A stretch of DNA of 64,000 bases, taken from NCBI GenBank assembly GCA_032718475.1, contig JAUCBJ010008796.1, positions 33,253 to 97,252 on the forward strand, in the 5' to 3' direction. This DNA comes from Nemertoderma westbladi. Lineage: Eukaryota > Animalia > Xenacoelomorpha. Position 1 is the first letter of the stretch. Each line of letters starts with the position of its first letter. A program made the translations under genes and the position numbers. Under the pieces are notes generated by a model. That model was not told the DNA's origin. It saw nothing but the letters and a program-made list of their open reading frames with translations, and made no database searches. Below are positions 32,690-46,794 of this stretch, in pieces.

Positions 32690-35600
32690 GTACAGTATAT
32701 ATATTTATATTCTATAGATTAGAAAGTAAGTAATGTTTGAAGCTTTTGGAAAAGCATTGCTTCGAAGGAGATTGCTTGATAGTCTGAGGAATACTATTCC
32801 AAATGGTAGGACCGAGATAATTAATAGATCGCTGTGCGATATCTAATCTAATGAGGGGGATAAGGAAATTACCGTGAGCTGATGACCGAGTATGATACTG
32901 ATGAGAGGCTGAGGTTTTTCTAAAAAGTAATCCTAAATCTGACAGAGGATTAATCCTATGGGAATATATGTCGTGCATGAATAGAACAGTCTGATGTTTA
33001 AATAGACATTGTAAAGGAAGGATATTAAGTGACTTATATAAAGGAGCTGATGAGGCCTGATAATGGTTGAAGGTCATACAACGTAGTAGTTTGTTGATTT
33101 TAATTCTGAGAGATTTGAATGTAGTAGAATCAGTACTGCCCCATAGTAGGAATCCGTAGTGTAAGCAGGGGACTGAAATATAGCTGGCGAAGAATATATA
33201 GAGGAAAGATATGACGTTTTATAGAATAGCCTGGACGTTCTAGAAATTTTCTTAAGAATATATTTAACGTGTGGTTGCCAAGATAACTTATTGTCAACCC
33301 AAACTCCAAGGAATTTTGTGCTGGCTGAGTAATTAATTTTTGATTGTTAATTTGGAGGCCTGGAATTTGGGTCACATCATTAATTATGTCAGAAAATATT
33401 GAATATTCAGTTTTGGAAAGGTTAAGTGATAAACAATTGGCCTTTAACCAATCGGCAACTTTATTTAGTTGGATAATAGTGTTATAAATGAGTTCGTTAG
33501 AATTTGGGTTGGAATAGTATAGAGTCGTGTCATCTGCGAACAGTGTGGACAATAAGGTTGTAGAATTAGGTAGGTCGTTAATATAAAGTAGAAATAGAAT
33601 AGTACGCTACCTTGCCGTACTCCGCAGAGCAGAGGTTCAAGAGACGAGGTATGGTTATTGATAGAGACGTATTGAAATCTACAGGATAGAAAACTAGCAA
33701 AGAGTAGGTTAGGAGTACCTCTGGCACCGTAGGATTCTAGCATAGAAATTAGTATTTTATGGTTTAGCGTATCAAAGCCCTTTTTTAGATCTATATAAAT
33801 AGCACAAGTAGAATTTCTTTGGTCTAAAGCCTGGCGTATTTTTTCTATTACTATAAGTAGCACATGCAATGTAGAAGTTTTAGCACGGAACCCAAATTGA
33901 GCTTTGGTTAACATATTATATTTAGCTAAGTAGGATTGCAGTTGCGATTTGATTATTATTTCGTAGATTTTAGATAAACCTGGGAGTAGAGAGATGGGCC
34001 TGTAGTTATTAGAATCACTCGGTTCTCCGCCTTTGTATAACGGTATGACTTTAGCAAATTTTAGAGAGTTGGGGAACAAGCCCCGAGTGATAGATAGATT
34101 AATTAGGTAGCTTAGATGTATAGATAGCGTTTCTGCCGCATGTTTAAGTAGTTTAGTTGGAAAGGAGTCATTAGTAGAAGAGGTAGGATCGAGATTAAGT
34201 AGATGGTACTGGACTTATTCAGGGGAAGTTTCTAGAAGGGAAAAGGTGTACTTAGGTGTTCTTAATGTAATGAGTTAGTGATTGCCTGGATTTAGGAATA
34301 TCAGCTGCTAATTTTGGACCAATGGAAGCGAAGTGACTATTTAGAGTAGAAGCTATTTGAGATGGATCTGTAATAGTTACAATGTCATCTCCTATGCGTG
34401 TAACTAATTTTTTTGGTGTTTTGAGTTTATTTGATCTATGTAGCGCTGTGTTTATTATGAGCCACGTCTTTCGGGGGTTTTTTGAATTGGCCTGAAACTG
34501 AGTTGAATAGTAAGATTTTTGCGCTGTACGTAAAATCGAGGTTAATTAATTCCTGTATTGAGTAAATTTTAGTTTATTACACTCAGTAGGATTATTTATG
34601 TAAATTCGGTATAATTTATTTTTAACTTTAGTGCATTTTAATAAGTTCGCGGTCATCCATGGTTTAATAGGAATTTTTCGGGGAGGAATGGATTTCTGGG
34701 TTACATAAATAGAGCAGATGAGGTTTAAATCTGAATAAAAAACATCAAATTTTTCAGTGGTTGGGATTGTAGGATCGGTGTAAGTCCATGAGATTTTAGA
34801 TTTTATTTCTTCCATTAATTTATTCCGATTGTAATTGGAGTAGTCATAGATTAACTTTTCTTTTGGTTTATTAAAATAGCAAGATGAGTTTTGGAAGCCT
34901 GTAAATGTTGGATAATGATCAGTGGTGCCAATTAAAAGGTGGAACACTCCAGCTGATGAACAAGATGAAGTGATGTTGGTGATAACATGGTCTATTAAGC
35001 ACACTTCGAAGCAGTCATCATCAACATCACTGACTAGTCAAATGTTTAGTAAGATATTATCCCCCAGTGAACCCATAAAAATACAGTTTATAGTAATAAA
35101 AAATACCTAATATAAATAAAATTTATAAAACACAAATAAATAACAATATAAATTTATGTATAGATAATTAATTAATATATCAGATAATGCCAAAAATCGC
35201 AGTCGACCGCATTTGCTTTTTACTCATTCGGCATTTCTAACTCTTCCAAGAATATTCTATCCTACCTTTCTCTATTCTCCTATCTACCCTATCCTATCCT
35301 ATCTTACTCTATCCTACCCTATCATATCATGTCCTACTCTATCCACCTAACCTACCCAGCCTATCCTAACCCTATCCTATCTAACCCTATTATAATCTAA
35401 CTATATCCTTGTCCCATTCCCTTCCCCTGAAGTATCCATCCACCCTCCCTGGTGGGCAGCCGTCCACTAGCAATGCTACTAGGTTGCCCTCCTATACCTA
35501 TACCTATATATATATATATTATATTTATATATATACTCATATATATTACAATAATTATGTGTGCTTTAATTATTATGTATATGTTTATTATGTATGTTTA

Positions 35601-36440
35601 TATGGGTAAAAATAAATAAATCAATCAATCAATCAATCTATTAAGGATTTCGACTAAGGGGTTACACATCTAGGCTTGTTAATCAGTTGGATAAACCCAT
35701 ATGAGTTTAGTGTATTAATATTTTGCATTGCTTTAGATTAAGTTTTTAAAAGATCGATATTGAAGTCACCTGCGATTATTAGGTCATACTTAAGGTTAGT
35801 TAATTTAGCTAGAGTATCATCTAGGAGAGTAATAAAAGTGTCAGTATTAAAAGCGTCAGGGCGATAAATAGAACCAATTATTATCGGTTTGGAATGGGGA
35901 CGTGAGATTTCGAGCCAGGAGTTTTCCACACCCTTAATACGTAAGTCAGTCCTTTCAGAAATGTCAAGGGCTTTATTAACGTAGATAGCGGTGCCACCTC
36001 GATGGAGCCTACCAGTAGTTATATTGTGGAAGAATGGGTCACAGTATCCAAGGGAATCTAAGTTCAGAATGTCCGTTAAGTCGCCGTCACTAATAAATGT
36101 CTCGGTGAAAGTGAGGATATCAAATTTAGCAGTGATATTGAGTAGGAAATCAGTTATAGCTGGTAGGTTAGACTATGGCAATTTCAGTTAAACATGGATA
36201 GTGACCTAGCATTAGTGGTTTTGCTAAATTCAGCGTTAAATTTATCCTCTGTGTAATAATAATCTTTATAAATATTTAGATTTATAAGATTATTATCGGG
36301 GTCTAAATTGCTAAAAGTCTGATTTAAGATATCTGATGAATTTGAGTCAGGCCCAAAAGTGGACCCAGGATGAAAAATGTCGATATCATCAGTGCTGACC
36401 TGGAGAAAGGAAATAAGTCAGAGTAGCAATTGTAACAAAA
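32690..36440 (-). mobile_element. Degenerate CR1/L2-like LINE (APE endonuclease and RT), split by a nested insertion
   Basis: GSIYRP...GDFNID and LIDHVITN..TDH endonuclease motifs; NYRPISLL, QFGFR, IDLKKGFDT, GVRQGS and LFADDT RT motifs; WNSIP near the 3' end. Confidence 0.9.
35020..35638 (+). mobile_element. Nested insertion with low-complexity (CTATC)n sequence and an AATAAA-(TCAA)n tail, probably a retroposon 3' end
   Basis: Interrupts the LINE endonuclease region and ends in aataaataaatcaatcaatcaatcaatc. Confidence 0.5.
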
Positions 36441-36477
36441 TAAAGAATCTCTCCATAATATAGAGTCTCTTGAATCA

Positions 36478-37046
36478 CAGGGACCGAATTGTCTGGGACC
36501 GAATTGTCTGGGACCGAATTGTCTGGAACCGAATTGTCTGGAACCGAATTGTCTGGAACCGGTTCCTGATAGAAACTTTTTATCGTTTATAGGGATTTTT
36601 TGATATTAGTGAATGTGCTACAACATTATCAGATATATTTTTATATGGTAACTAGTATGTTTTTTAATAGCTAGAATTTTTTGAAATTTAAAAATACGGT
36701 ATTTTTGTTATTGGTAGCAAAGTGTTTTTTTTTACTAGCTAGTATTTTTTTGAAATTATAAAAAAATTTGTGAAAACATTGATATTTCAGAATTAGGCCT
36801 AAACTGTTGCAGAATATATTAATTACCGGTACCAAAAATATTGATGATATTATAACAGCTGAATATCATGTGGCGGTACAGTTTTCTGAATCAAATTCAG
36901 CAAAGTGTCCCTAAATGAGATCCAGCTATTATATGGGATAATGATTTAGGCTTGTTAATCAACCAAAAACACACATATTTACATGCAACATATTTAAAAA
37001 AAATCAGTATATATATTTTAAATACATACTATTACTAGCTAGTAAA
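36478..37046. mobile_element. Partial copy of a MITE with 15-bp subterminal repeats
   Basis: An array of (gg)accgaattgtctgg followed by an internal region matching 45650-46115. Confidence 0.75.
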
Positions 37047-37370
37047 TAGATAGATAGATAGATTTATTTATACATTATGTAAAAACAATAACAAATACAC
37101 CAAACAATGTACCGGTATAAAGGTATTGTCCAACATAACATATAGGATTACCCCTAAAGCTTTGCAGCTTATTTCCAAGGGGGTCCAAATAACACCGTCT
37201 CCACTCCATAAAAACACCATATAGCCATATAACTAAAAATGTAAAATAAAAATGTAAAAATATAAATCACAATGACTTGCGCGAGCCACATAGTAAGCAA
37301 AGGATTTGTAAACTGACCGGGTTTATGAGGTCAGACACCCGCTAGCGGGTGAAAGTGTCTAAACATTAAA
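37047..37370 (-). mobile_element. LINE/SINE 3' tail fragment inserted into the MITE
   Basis: An (ATAG)n tail at 37047 interrupts similarity to the 45-46 kb MITE; a stem-loop-like cccct...agggg follows. Confidence 0.45.
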
Positions 37371-38549
37371 CAACCTCGATGTCATTGTTGTCAGTTATAA
37401 GTGTTGTATGAATAATAATATCATAATCCAATTTAATAATAGTAATTAAGTAATTTAATCTTAATTAATAACCATCCGGCATTTAAGACATCAAGTAGTA
37501 CAACACCATGTAATAATATAAAGCAATAATACAGAAATCACTGACTCACAGAACGGTATAGCAGTAGACAGTATTCATTAATCTCCTATCAGGAACCTAG
37601 GCCTAGGTATACTCTGTGGGGCGAGCCACGTTATACCACCACCAGTATTATTACTAATTCTAGACCTTACATCAGTCCCTTCAAAACATTTAATTGGGAA
37701 TATGCATGCAAAATATAATATTATTTGTTTACAGAAGATGTCAAAGAATTATTTAATGTTACTTTCTAAATGTTAAAGGGTTAACTTGGTACATAGAGTA
37801 GATTAACTTCATGAGTGCTTGAGGTACAGTACATAGAGTAGATTAACTTCATGAGTGCTTTGAAGAGAGGCCCTCAAGGGAAGGGTTCAGAGTTCCTACT
37901 GTAGGAGTAGGATGGAGGAAGCATTGCTTAATATGGTGACCAATAATGGCGCTTCATACAGAAATAGATATAGGCCTATAAATATTATAGCTGCCAATTG
38001 GCGAGTGACTGAAATTTAGTGTTGTGTGGTATTTTTATTTCATTAGTGCCACACTAATCAAATACATTTGGTTATAACGGTGATTCAAAATAAAATAAAT
38101 ATAAAATTATATAATATTATTATTTTTTGCCACAGCCAATGCCAAACGGCTTGGGCGACATGAAAGGTACACATCAGTATTTTAGACATTGGAAAAGACT
38201 TAGCTAATGCATATCATTAAGCATCGTCGTCATCAGTCATAAAGATAATATCCCTTCTCATTGAATCCCCCACCTTCCAACATGCCATTTGAAACAATTC
38301 TTATCAATTTATAAATCCTGCGCCATAAGAATTATCTGACTTATCATCACTTATAAGTGATGAGAGAGAAATACCACCAGCATGTGATGAACCATATATA
38401 TGATAGCACATTAAATTGTCATCAGCAGCATCAACGCTACCTGTTGAATATTATGCTGTTGAATATTATTTAACAGATACTTGAGCTAGTGGAATTTAAC
38501 TTTTATAAGTCAGTAACTACCAGTACCAGCTCCTTTGCCCCAATCAACA

Positions 38550-38652
38550 TCCCTTTTGGCAATTAGGCCGAACCGAAACAACTTTTGGCAATTAGGACGA
38601 ACCAACACCCCTTTTGGTAATTAGGCCGAACCGACACCCCTTTTGGCAATGG
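38550..38652. repeat. Short tandem array (cttttggcaattaggccgaacc, about 3-4 copies)
   Basis: Directly visible repeats with a period of about 29 bp. Confidence 0.75.
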
Positions 38653-38836
38653 AAGGGTATCAACCAATAAGGCATGCTTATTTACGGAAAAGCAATGAGA
38701 AGCCCAGAAATAGTTCCATAGGCTAAAACGACACCCCCAATTGGAAATATGCATTACGTACATGAAAGTGATCAGTCACCATTTACAATAACTGAAATAC
38801 TCAAATTGTCCAGATGTTATATTTCTATTATTTCAG

Positions 38837-38972
38837 GTTGTTAACGATACTGGTGGTTATTTATCTATTCAAAATGTTAACAGCGATGATGAAGGACGTT
38901 ATAAATGCACCATTTATGGAAATGATGGTTCAAGTGTAGAAAGTGAATATGTTCCAGTTGTAGTTCTAGGAG
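38837..38972 (+). CDS. Host Ig-domain gene exon (second half of Ig domain 2)
   Basis: tttcag|GTTGTT...GGAG|gtaaat; encodes YLSIQNVNSDDEGRYKC; same 136-bp length and phases as the 24431 exon. Confidence 0.88.
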
Positions 38973-39549
38973 GTAAATATAAAATAATTATTGTATAAGT
39001 CATTAATGTAATCATGACATTGATTCGTATGATTGGCCATAAGTTATGAAAACATAGAATATCCTTCATTGATCTCTTTATACAACTGCGAAATACTCAG
39101 ACTATGAAAGTTTCGAAAATTTTGAATTTTGAAATTTTACCCTATCTGAAGCAGAGTGCTTTACTCCAATATACCGATTTAATAAATATGGAAAGATTGC
39201 TTTTAATTTCTATAATTTTTTAATCTAATTACCTCCAAATGGATGAAAAATATTTACGATATACTAAATAACTGCACCGCAATTATACAACAATTTTACA
39301 TTGTAGGAATAAACTGTGGACTTTGAATAAACTCATGTGCTCCAAAGTCTCGCCAACATAACCTTCATACATAGCTAATAAATTAACATACTTTTTACTT
39401 CCAATCGTCCAGAACTAGCTTCTGAAATTCCCATCCTCCCAATAGAAGCACTGAACAGTTCAGTAGAACAGCACAGTACAGTTTTTAATTATTTGATTTT
39501 GCTGTATAATGTTTTATTTTTAACATTGTTCTGGAGGTTTACTCTACAT

Positions 39550-40395
39550 ACATCCAAACTGTCCATATTCTTATTGAGTGCAGAACTTAACTCAAACTTC
39601 GTCCAAACTGTCAATTTTCTTATTGAGTGCAAAACTAAATTCAAGCTTCATCCAAACTGTCCATTTTCTTATTAGTGTGTTACGTGGCTAATACGCTGAT
39701 GTGGTTGTCACTAAGGCTTGGGGCTGAAAGGCCGAAGGCTGGTATAATAAAGTTCTGAGTTTTAGGGAAAACCCAATTAGAAGTATGGGTACTGGTAATA
39801 TAGCACAATCAGTATTGCACATTAATAGCAGCAACGATGACGGTTTAAACCATTTAACTTCTACTCTGATATTAGCCAACTGAATCATAATTAACACTGA
39901 GTAACAGTTATATGGATATAACCGATATATATTACATGGAGGTTACACACATTGCTTAATGTATTGACCTACCAATAAATCCGCGCTAATTGATAGTGTA
40001 CCGCCCTGCTATTGGTTGGTTTATCTCCCTTGGCCACTCCCTGTCTTTCCTGGCCCTGTGTTGGCTACCCCCTGAGATGTGCTGGTATCTCTCTCTCTGG
40101 CTGGCAATGTGTATTGCCTCGTTCCCTCTAGTATGCAATATTGCGTTAGGCAATATTGCATATCTAATCGTGATTCGTAAATCACAACTTTCCCCATTCT
40201 CTGCTGGGTAGTGCAGCGGATTGGATCCGCTAACATTATGCACTCAAACTTCGTCCAAAGTGTCCATTTTCTAATTGAGAGCAAAACTACACGCAACCTT
40301 CGCCCAAATTGTCCATTTTCTTATTGAGTGCAGAATTAACTCAACCTTTGTCCAATCTGTCCATTTTCTAAATGAGTGCAGAATTATTAAACTCA
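39550..40395. repeat. ~48-bp tandem repeat interrupted by a ~560-bp TGTTA...TAACA-bounded insert (possible solo LTR, 39678-40235)
   Basis: Unit tccaaactgtccattttcttattgagtgcagaacttaactcaaacttcg on both sides of the insert; no clean TSD. Confidence 0.55.
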
Positions 40396-41323
40396 ACATT
40401 GGTTCTAATAATACAGGGAAGATGTCTTCCCTCGGCTTGAATGTTATATGTACTAATCACTGAAGAAACGCATCACTGTGCGAGAAATTTACAGTTTGTG
40501 AATGCTATGAGTGATGTAGCCAATGTCAGTGTCTCGTTACTTCCAAAGAAGAGGAAAAGTTTCCTATGGACTGTCAAACGCATTCAGAATGTGTATAATT
40601 TTGAAAAAATCAGTCATTTATTTTAGAAAATGATTTGACTTTGCAGGAAAATACTAATCATAAGCTGCTTATTTGATTTTATTTTATTTAGTCTGCCGCA
40701 AGGCAGTACGGTAAGTGATGGAGTGGTAAAATGCTTTGCTTCTAGCTGATCCAGCTATAATTCCGTCATGTCATTGGTGCACCAGAACCAACCCAGTTAT
40801 ATTGAAACATGGCTTCTCCAGGAGGACAAAACAGAAGTATTGAATATTTACAGAGCTTTCACCCTTGCATGTAACGAACTCGATAAGTTCTAACAAGAAC
40901 ATATGGGTTTTATCACTGCTTTTGCACTAAGCGAGCTGGTTTTCACGAGAGATCGGACACATCTATCTATCGTTTCTGATGCCAGTCAGCCGATAACCTC
41001 TGTCAAGTTTTGATCTGCTCAGCTTGCGCATCTGTAGCTGGACTTGCGTGTAACTCAATCACCAAATGATGTAGCTACTTAATTTACTTTTATATTTACT
41101 GACTTTATTTACTTGTGGGGTGGATGATTTCCACCACACCATCTACCCCCAACTTTGCAGTGTAATTATTTAATTATATTACTCATATTGCCTAAAATAT
41201 CTTGGTATTTGACTAACATTCATTTACTAACCATCCTACCCTACCTCTTTTTTACCTGTACGTTTGCATGTTACTAAGACCTGTAATTTGTGTTAATCTA
41301 ATAAGATGCGTTCTCTTTGCCAG

Positions 41324-41462
41324 ATGATCGCTGTGAGACTATTGAACTCCAGAGAAAAGATGGTAAATTCGATGATTCTGTTAAATATGTCCGCAAACAA
41401 CCTCCCCTTCTTGGAAATTTTTATATATTTGGATGCAATGTTCTAGTTGAAGGCGCGATTGG
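41324..41462 (+). CDS. Host gene exon following the Ig domains
   Basis: ttctctttgccag|AT...ATTGG|gtaaga; open frame DDRCETIELQ...FGCNVLVEGAIG; phase 1 to 2 fits both neighbours. Confidence 0.7.
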
Positions 41463-44400
41463 GTAAGAATTATTCATAGTTGCTTACCGGTAGGTACTAC
41501 TGCTGGATTGTGTCCTTCCTTAACCTATTCGTTCATATCTCCCATAAAATCTATATACTGTATTTATTGAAACCGCTGTTTTTATTGCGGAGGAAGATTT
41601 GAATCTATTATTATTGATGTAACTCCAACATTAATTATCCACATTTTACACAAAGTTGGTCCATTGCTCAGCACAAACTTATGTTCAATGTCAACTCGAA
41701 AGAATTATAAGCAAAATATAAGCAGATATATCTCCTAATCACTTTACACCTAAAGGCAGACTGGGAAGGGGGAAGCTGCAGTTGATTTAAGACCTCACAA
41801 AAAGTTTGAATGACACAGCTAGTGTTCTAGAACAAATCTGCCAAGTTTCAGCTTGAATAGATTAAAACCTAAGAAATTGGAGACATTTAATGTTTATACA
41901 TATCTAGCGTGAGACTATTGAACTGATGGTGTCTAAAAGTCAGTCGTTGAATAAATCTAATCTTTTGGTCTCATATTGATTTGATGATGCCTACAAATTT
42001 TTAAATCGACAGCTTTAAATCCGACAGAGTTATTAGCATGTCAAAGTCGTAACGACAACAACAATTTGCCAAAATTGAGTGTCAGTTCACCAAGGCGTCA
42101 CAATTAACCAACAAACTTCCTTCCAACCGATCCTTACTGTAATTTTTCATAGACGTAACTGTTACTGTGTTATGCTCCCCGGAAAAAATGAATTTTGAGA
42201 TTTTTCTAGTGCAAAATAACTATAAACTGATCGCTTAGACCTATAGGTAAAACCCCAGATCTATTGGAGATCCAAAACCCGCGAAATCTATTATGGGTGT
42301 GATCTTGCAGAGTAGAAATTTTACTGGTAATTCTAGTAGAATCTCGAATAATTGGTTTAAACCAAACAAATTTGAAATGTTTTGGTATTGTCTACAGATG
42401 GGGGATGCTTTGTGATAGTAACAGATATTAAAATCTGCTAAGAAATATATTTCAGTTAGACCTAAGATTACATTAATAATTGTGTGCGATGTTGAAGTAT
42501 GGAATTGTGCGCGCAATACGCATGCGGATTGGATGCGAAATGCAATTTTTTATAAATTTTTAAAAGTGATGTACTGATGTACTAAAAAAAAACTGATGTA
42601 CTAATATGTACAAAATTCAAATATGTTTAGTTTGACCTTGCTGTTTGGTGCATCCTTTCGCCTCAGATCTATCTTGGAGAGTTATTAATGTTATTTCTTC
42701 TTTACTTCTTTACTTACATATGTATTTCACATATACATACAGTTATATATTCGCCGATAGCAAAATCATTCAAGTTTATTTCATCACCCTCCAAATATTA
42801 CGTCGTTAAACAGTAGAGGGTGAGTGTTTACTATACTACCGGTGGTGCGGTGGTCACGACCGGTCACGACCGGGAATTACGTCAACCCTTACGGCTACTG
42901 GAGTACGGATGCTGGTTAGGCAATAGAAAGTTGGGCTCTTCACAGACATGATTTAACTGTTATGTGCACTGTGCGGTGTGCAGGCCTCATTATTTTTGAG
43001 AAATCGCAAATTTATCAAAAATAAGCTATTTTTGAGATATTTTTCATTTTATTTTTGCTATTTTTGCGATGTTGTCTAAATCATCCTGTAATGATATGTA
43101 TTATTGTAAATATTGAAACATGTTTTTTTTTTGAGTAAAACCGACACTACAGTACCGACGTACAGTGTTTAACAAACTATTGAAACTTGTTTGTTACATA
43201 CTGTATGTAGTCCTATAGTATTTTATCTAATTAATTAGGTCTACAGTTTGTCTTGGATAGCCTTTGACTGACACTTAACATAACTACAGTATCAGTACTC
43301 TCTTTTGTACTGCCTTTGCCTTTAGTGCCATTTTTTGGACATTCTAAAGTAATGTTAATAAAATAACGATCTTATCTTATATTATCTTACAAGAACTGCA
43401 GTACGGTAGTTATTTCTATAAGTAAACACTTTCACTTTAGAGTAACTCACTGACATGTAGCAGTATCAGAGTATGCGGAGAACCATAGTAGCCTACCAGA
43501 CCACCACCACCACCACCACCCATTTTCTGTCTCTATCGGAAGTATTTTTTTTTTAACTTTAATGTGACAAATTTATGTTAATATAAGTTTATGTAAATAA
43601 ATATAACTACTGCATGCAAATATTAGTGGCCGGTAAAATAAAAATTTTGAAAATTTTTTAAAATTGAAAGTTTTCCATGTGACTGTGTATCCCATTCCAT
43701 CTGCAGTACTGCAGTATAGGCAATATAGGCAATAAATTATAGGCAATCTTTCTAGCTGGTTGAAATAGCAGTTATTTATTGATCGAAATTGAAATTATTA
43801 GATTATTATATAACGAAATGTGCCTTTAAACTCAACAAAACAAGAATATGTTATTTTTGTGATTTTTCCAATTTTAAATTTGCTACTTTTGACGTTTTTG
43901 ACAAAATAGTCACAAATAATGTGGCCTGGTTATGTGTAATGGACATTAATATATCTGTACAGTGATGGATAAGTTGAATTTGTGACAACACCCCAAAACT
44001 GGTGACAAACACTGAAAATTGAGACACCGCTCAACAGTCGAAAATGGCCACACAATGTGAATAATAGTAGATCGCAGTTTCAAAGGTAATTCAACTAAGT
44101 TTCGGTTCTGTGTAACACCGACAAGTCAACTAGAAAACAGTCAAATGTCAGGAGACAACACTCAAATTAATATTTTTTTTTAAATTAAAGTAAGCAATCA
44201 TACACATATATGCACAAATATTATACTCCCTCTTTCCTGGGTGAGCCAGAATTTTTATTTTTGCTTTCATTCTTTAACTACGTGCGTATAAAAAAAGGTG
44301 TTACACCAGTTTACGCCACAGTTATTTTCATAGGCGTATAGGATGGCCTATAGTGCAGGGGTTGCAATTCCCCCCCACCCCCAGCAAATTTTTAGGGGGC

Positions 44401-45430
44401 GAAATTACAGGCATAAAGAGGAGCGAAATGTTTGAGTAGTAAAGCTTTTTCCAACCATTATATTCCAATTATATCTAATTCAATTCCGAAGGGGGTGAAG
44501 GAGGGTGAAAATTTGGCCTATTCTACGTCAGTGGAAGTGGTTCCAGTATGCTTATGGTTAGGGATGTACCCGGATGCATTTCCTGCCATTTTGGAGAGAT
44601 TCCGGTTCCAGCCGGAATGAATTTTTTTATAAGCGTTTTAATAAAGGATTTTAATACAGCGTGTCAGAAAATGACACTATAAGTTACAACGTATAATAAT
44701 ATATTATAATATATCAAAATAAAATTTTATTTAAAACGGATTCTGTGTCCTATATTGGCTCTCTGAAGATATCAAATTTGCTTCGAGATTTTGACATGAG
44801 ATTTTGTCATTGGAACAATCTTTTGTAATAAAACCAATATCTAAAGACGATTCAATGAAAATTTCAAATGAAATGAAATGAATTAGGGAGGACTAGCATT
44901 TAGAAAATGCTTCTATAGAAATTTGCTTGCTTACTATTTATTCAGAAAAATCTTATTAAAATTTTCTAATATGTTCATAATTCATCTAGTGTTGCAATGG
45001 GATCCTGATCCCGAAAATCGGGATCCCGCTCCCGTCCCGAGACTGATGGAAAAAATATCGGGTTTTTTCGGGGTTTGCTACGTCTGAATTTATATGCCAT
45101 GCAGCTTACAATTTGTAAAATTGTATAAAAATGTAAAATTTTTGCAAAATAACAATTTGTAAAATTACAAAAACAAAAATTTTAGTCAAAAACAAAATTA
45201 AAGAATAATAAAGTAAAAGTATAGGTAACGGTTTTGCTTTTACAACTACCTACAGGGCTACAGAGATCTACATAAAGATATTTCCGAACATTATTTAATA
45301 TAATAATTAAAATAACAACAATTTTAATAATGAGGTGGTCCAGAATAGTACATGATAATAGAGTGTGTCCTTGCGATGGCACCTCAGTACAGGATGAACC
45401 ACACTTCTTATTACATTGTGTACTGGGATG

Positions 45431-46425
45431 TAGGACAATTCGGTCCTGGACAATTCGGTCCCGGACAATTCGGTCCGGACAATTCGGTCGCGGACAATTC
45501 GGTCCCGGATAATTCGGTCCCAAAACACTAAATAAATGGGACCGAATTGTCCGGGACCGAATTGTCCCAGGACCGAATTGTCCTAGGACCGAATTGTCCG
45601 GGACCGAATTGTCTGGGACAGAATTGTCCTAGGACCAAAATGTCCGGTTCCTAATAGCAACTTTTTAGTGCTTTTTTGATATTGGTGAATGTTCTAGAAC
45701 ATTAGTAGAGATATTTTTTATGGTAGCTAGTGTTGTTTACTTGCTATAATTTTTTGAAATTTTAAAAATACTGTATTTTTTTTTATTTTTGTTATTGGTA
45801 GTGTTCGAGAACATTTTATATATAATTTATTAAGGTGAAGCTAGTGTTTTTTTTTACTAGCTAGCATTTCCTTGAAATTATAAAAAAACTTGTGAAAACA
45901 TTGATATTTCAGAATTAGGCCTAAACTGTTGCTGATTATATTAATTACCAACAATATTAATGATATTATATCAGTCCCTGAATGAGATCCAGCTATTATC
46001 TAGGATAATAATTTAGGCGTGTTAACCAACCAACAACACATACAGTATATACATACGCAATATATAAAAAAATCCAGTTTTAAACATTTTAAATACATAC
46101 TATTACTAGCTAGTAAATAATTCACAAGCTCCATAAAAACACCATAATAGCTACCATAACTAATAATGTTAACAAAAAAAGTAAAATTTTTTTTATTTTC
46201 GAAAAAATTCTAGCTGGTAAAAAAAAACACTAGCTATCATATAATAATATATATTAAGGTTCTAGAACATTCACCATTATATAATACCAATTAAATTTGG
46301 TCCTGGACAATTCGGTCCCGGACAATTCGGTCCCAAAACACAAAATTAATGGGACCGAATTGTCCGGGACCGAATTGTCAGGGACCGAATTGTCCGGACC
46401 GAATAGTCCGGGACCGAATTGTCCT
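45431..46425. mobile_element. MITE with inverted arrays of 14-15-bp repeats at both ends
   Basis: ggacaattcggtcc arrays face ggaccgaattgtcc arrays at 45433-45650 and 46297-46425; the AT-rich internal region is partly palindromic. Confidence 0.8.
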
Positions 46426-46794
46426 GCTTCCGGCACTGACCAATAATTTACGGAAGTACTGCAATTTAAAAGAAAATTTGATTCATGCTCCCTTCTATTT
46501 TCCTCAAATGATAACTTAGCCGATCTATGCAATTTTATTTACTCACTGTAAAAATTTACGATACGAATTAATAAATAACATTATCATTAAATCATTAATA
46601 TCATTAAATTTCTAGAATTTTGAGTAAGAGAGGGTGAATAAATTTTCAGAGTTAATTTTCAGAGTGAATTTTTATTATATACTAGCTATTACGTAATTGT
46701 TACTACAAAAATAAGATAAAATAGGAACCTTAACATGATATAGGCCTAGTATAATGATGTTAATTTATGTTATATTGCCCACCAAATGTATGTT

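Noticed and set aside
33040-33075. Hammerhead-like ctgatgaggcc...ggttgaagg
   Set aside because: GAAG instead of GAAA, and it lies antisense within LINE coding sequence; likely chance.
40692-40710. Possible micro-exon (tttag|...|gtaagt)
   Set aside because: Its 19-nt length would break the reading phase between the flanking host exons.
42967-44059. Possible Transib-like non-autonomous element (CACTGTG start)
   Set aside because: The right terminus is incomplete and the TSD ambiguous; support is insufficient.
45433-46425. Repeat arrays that superficially resemble CRISPR (also 36478-36565, 21783-22262, 96-226 and 63545-63915)
   Set aside because: No unique spacers and no cas genes; these are tandem or inverted MITE subterminal repeats and minisatellites in eukaryotic DNA.
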